NCBI GenBank assembly: GCA_963664405.1
Contig: OY761158.1
Location: 3,936,001 to 4,000,000, forward strand
Origin: Thermoanaerobaculia bacterium
Lineage (GTDB): Bacteria > Acidobacteriota > Thermoanaerobaculia > Multivoradales > Multivoraceae
DNA: 64,000 nucleotides
Reading direction: 5' to 3'
This document shows positions 63,314 through 64,000 of the stretch, piece by piece; the first letter of the stretch is position 1, and each line of letters begins with the position of its first letter. The notes beneath the pieces are model-generated. The model was given only the letters and a program-made list of their open reading frames with translations, was not told where the DNA came from and searched no databases. Position numbers and translations under genes: made by a program.

Positions 63314-64000
63314 TCAGCCCTGGGGCACCAGCCGGTAGATCGCGGAGTCGAGGTCGGAGGAGAGGTAGATCACGCCGGTTGTCGACAGCGCGAGGCCGGT
63401 GGAGAAGAAGGGCGGGCCCCAGCCCTCGGGAAGCGGCAGGCCGATGGGCAGGTCGGTCGCGAGGACGCGCCGGCGCCCGGTCGCGGGCTCGAAAAGCGAC
63501 AGGCTTCGGGCCCCGACCTCCGCGACCAGCACCTGGCCCGAGGCTGTGACGGCGATCCCTTCCGGCTGGTCGAGACCGCTGGCGACGACGCGGCGCTCGC
63601 CGCTCGCGAGGTCGACCTCCGTGAGTCGGCCGGCGCCCGCCTCGGTCACCCACACTCGTCCCGGCGGACCGGCGGCGAGGCCCGCCACCCGATCGAGCCC
63701 TGTGGCCACCGGCCGCGGCTCCTTGCCGGGAGCGAGCTCGACCAGGTGACCCGAGTCGAGCTCCCCCACCAGGAAGCGATTGCCGCCGAGGGCGAGCGCC
63801 GCGCCGGGGCCGGCGAGCGTGTGGCGCTCGAGTACCGCGGCGGTAGCGCGATCGAGCACCTGGGTGGCGCCGTCGACGAAAAACGCCACTAGCACGCGCT
63901 CGGCGCCGACCGCGATCGTTGCCGGGTTGATGGTGTCGTCGCCGTAGACCTGGGCCCGAGTGCGCACCTCGCCGGTGGCGGGGTCGACCGTGCGCCACGA
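63314..64000 (-). CDS. NHL/SMP-30-like beta-propeller protein, C-terminal part
   Basis: Repeats VATGLDRVAGLA, VASGLDQPEGIAV; runs off the window. Confidence 0.75.
   Translation of the reverse strand, partial: SWRTVDPATGEVRTRAQVYGDDTINPATIAVGAERVLVAFFVDGATQVLDRATAAVLERHTLAGPGAALALGGNRFLVGELDSGHLVELAPGKEPRPVATGLDRVAGLAAGPPGRVWVTEAGAGRLTEVDLASGERRVVASGLDQPEGIAVTASGQVLVAEVGARSLSLFEPATGRRRVLATDLPIGLPLPEGWGPPFFSTGLALSTTGVIYLSSDLDSAIYRLVPQG

Overview
High-GC (~64%) bacterial window. The ADOP-type permease fragment, Ser/Thr kinase-TolB propeller genes, Oar-type TonB receptor and DUF1800/DUF1501 pair suggest Acidobacteriota (inference). The right end (55-64 kb) looks chromosomal: tRNA-Ala(GGC), DUF1800/DUF1501, tRNA-Sec and glycosyltransferases. 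Left of tRNA-Ala lie tandem genomic islands bounded by two extra copies of the tRNA 3' end (45680-45729 and 8488-8536). Island A (~9 kb) carries a tyrosine integrase, an Fe-S module (SufR-like regulator, ferredoxins, PhhB, IscA, lone NuoB, Mrp-DUF971), a divergent second RpoD and a FIST sensor. Island B (~37 kb) has no integrase, but contains IS elements, many gene fragments and eight copies of an unannotated site. The site is built from 27-bp TGTCG-N8-GGYG-N5-CGACA boxes, usually paired 39 bp apart. These boxes delimit gene cassettes, and the homology breakpoints between duplicated segments fall inside them. Left of island B is a MerR/CueR-type operon. It ends in a secreted HMA-domain protein whose CxxC motif is encoded as TGA-CCC-CTC-TGA (UxxU), a probable double-selenocysteine protein missed by the ORF track. 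All family assignments come from motif recognition by eye, not from database searches.
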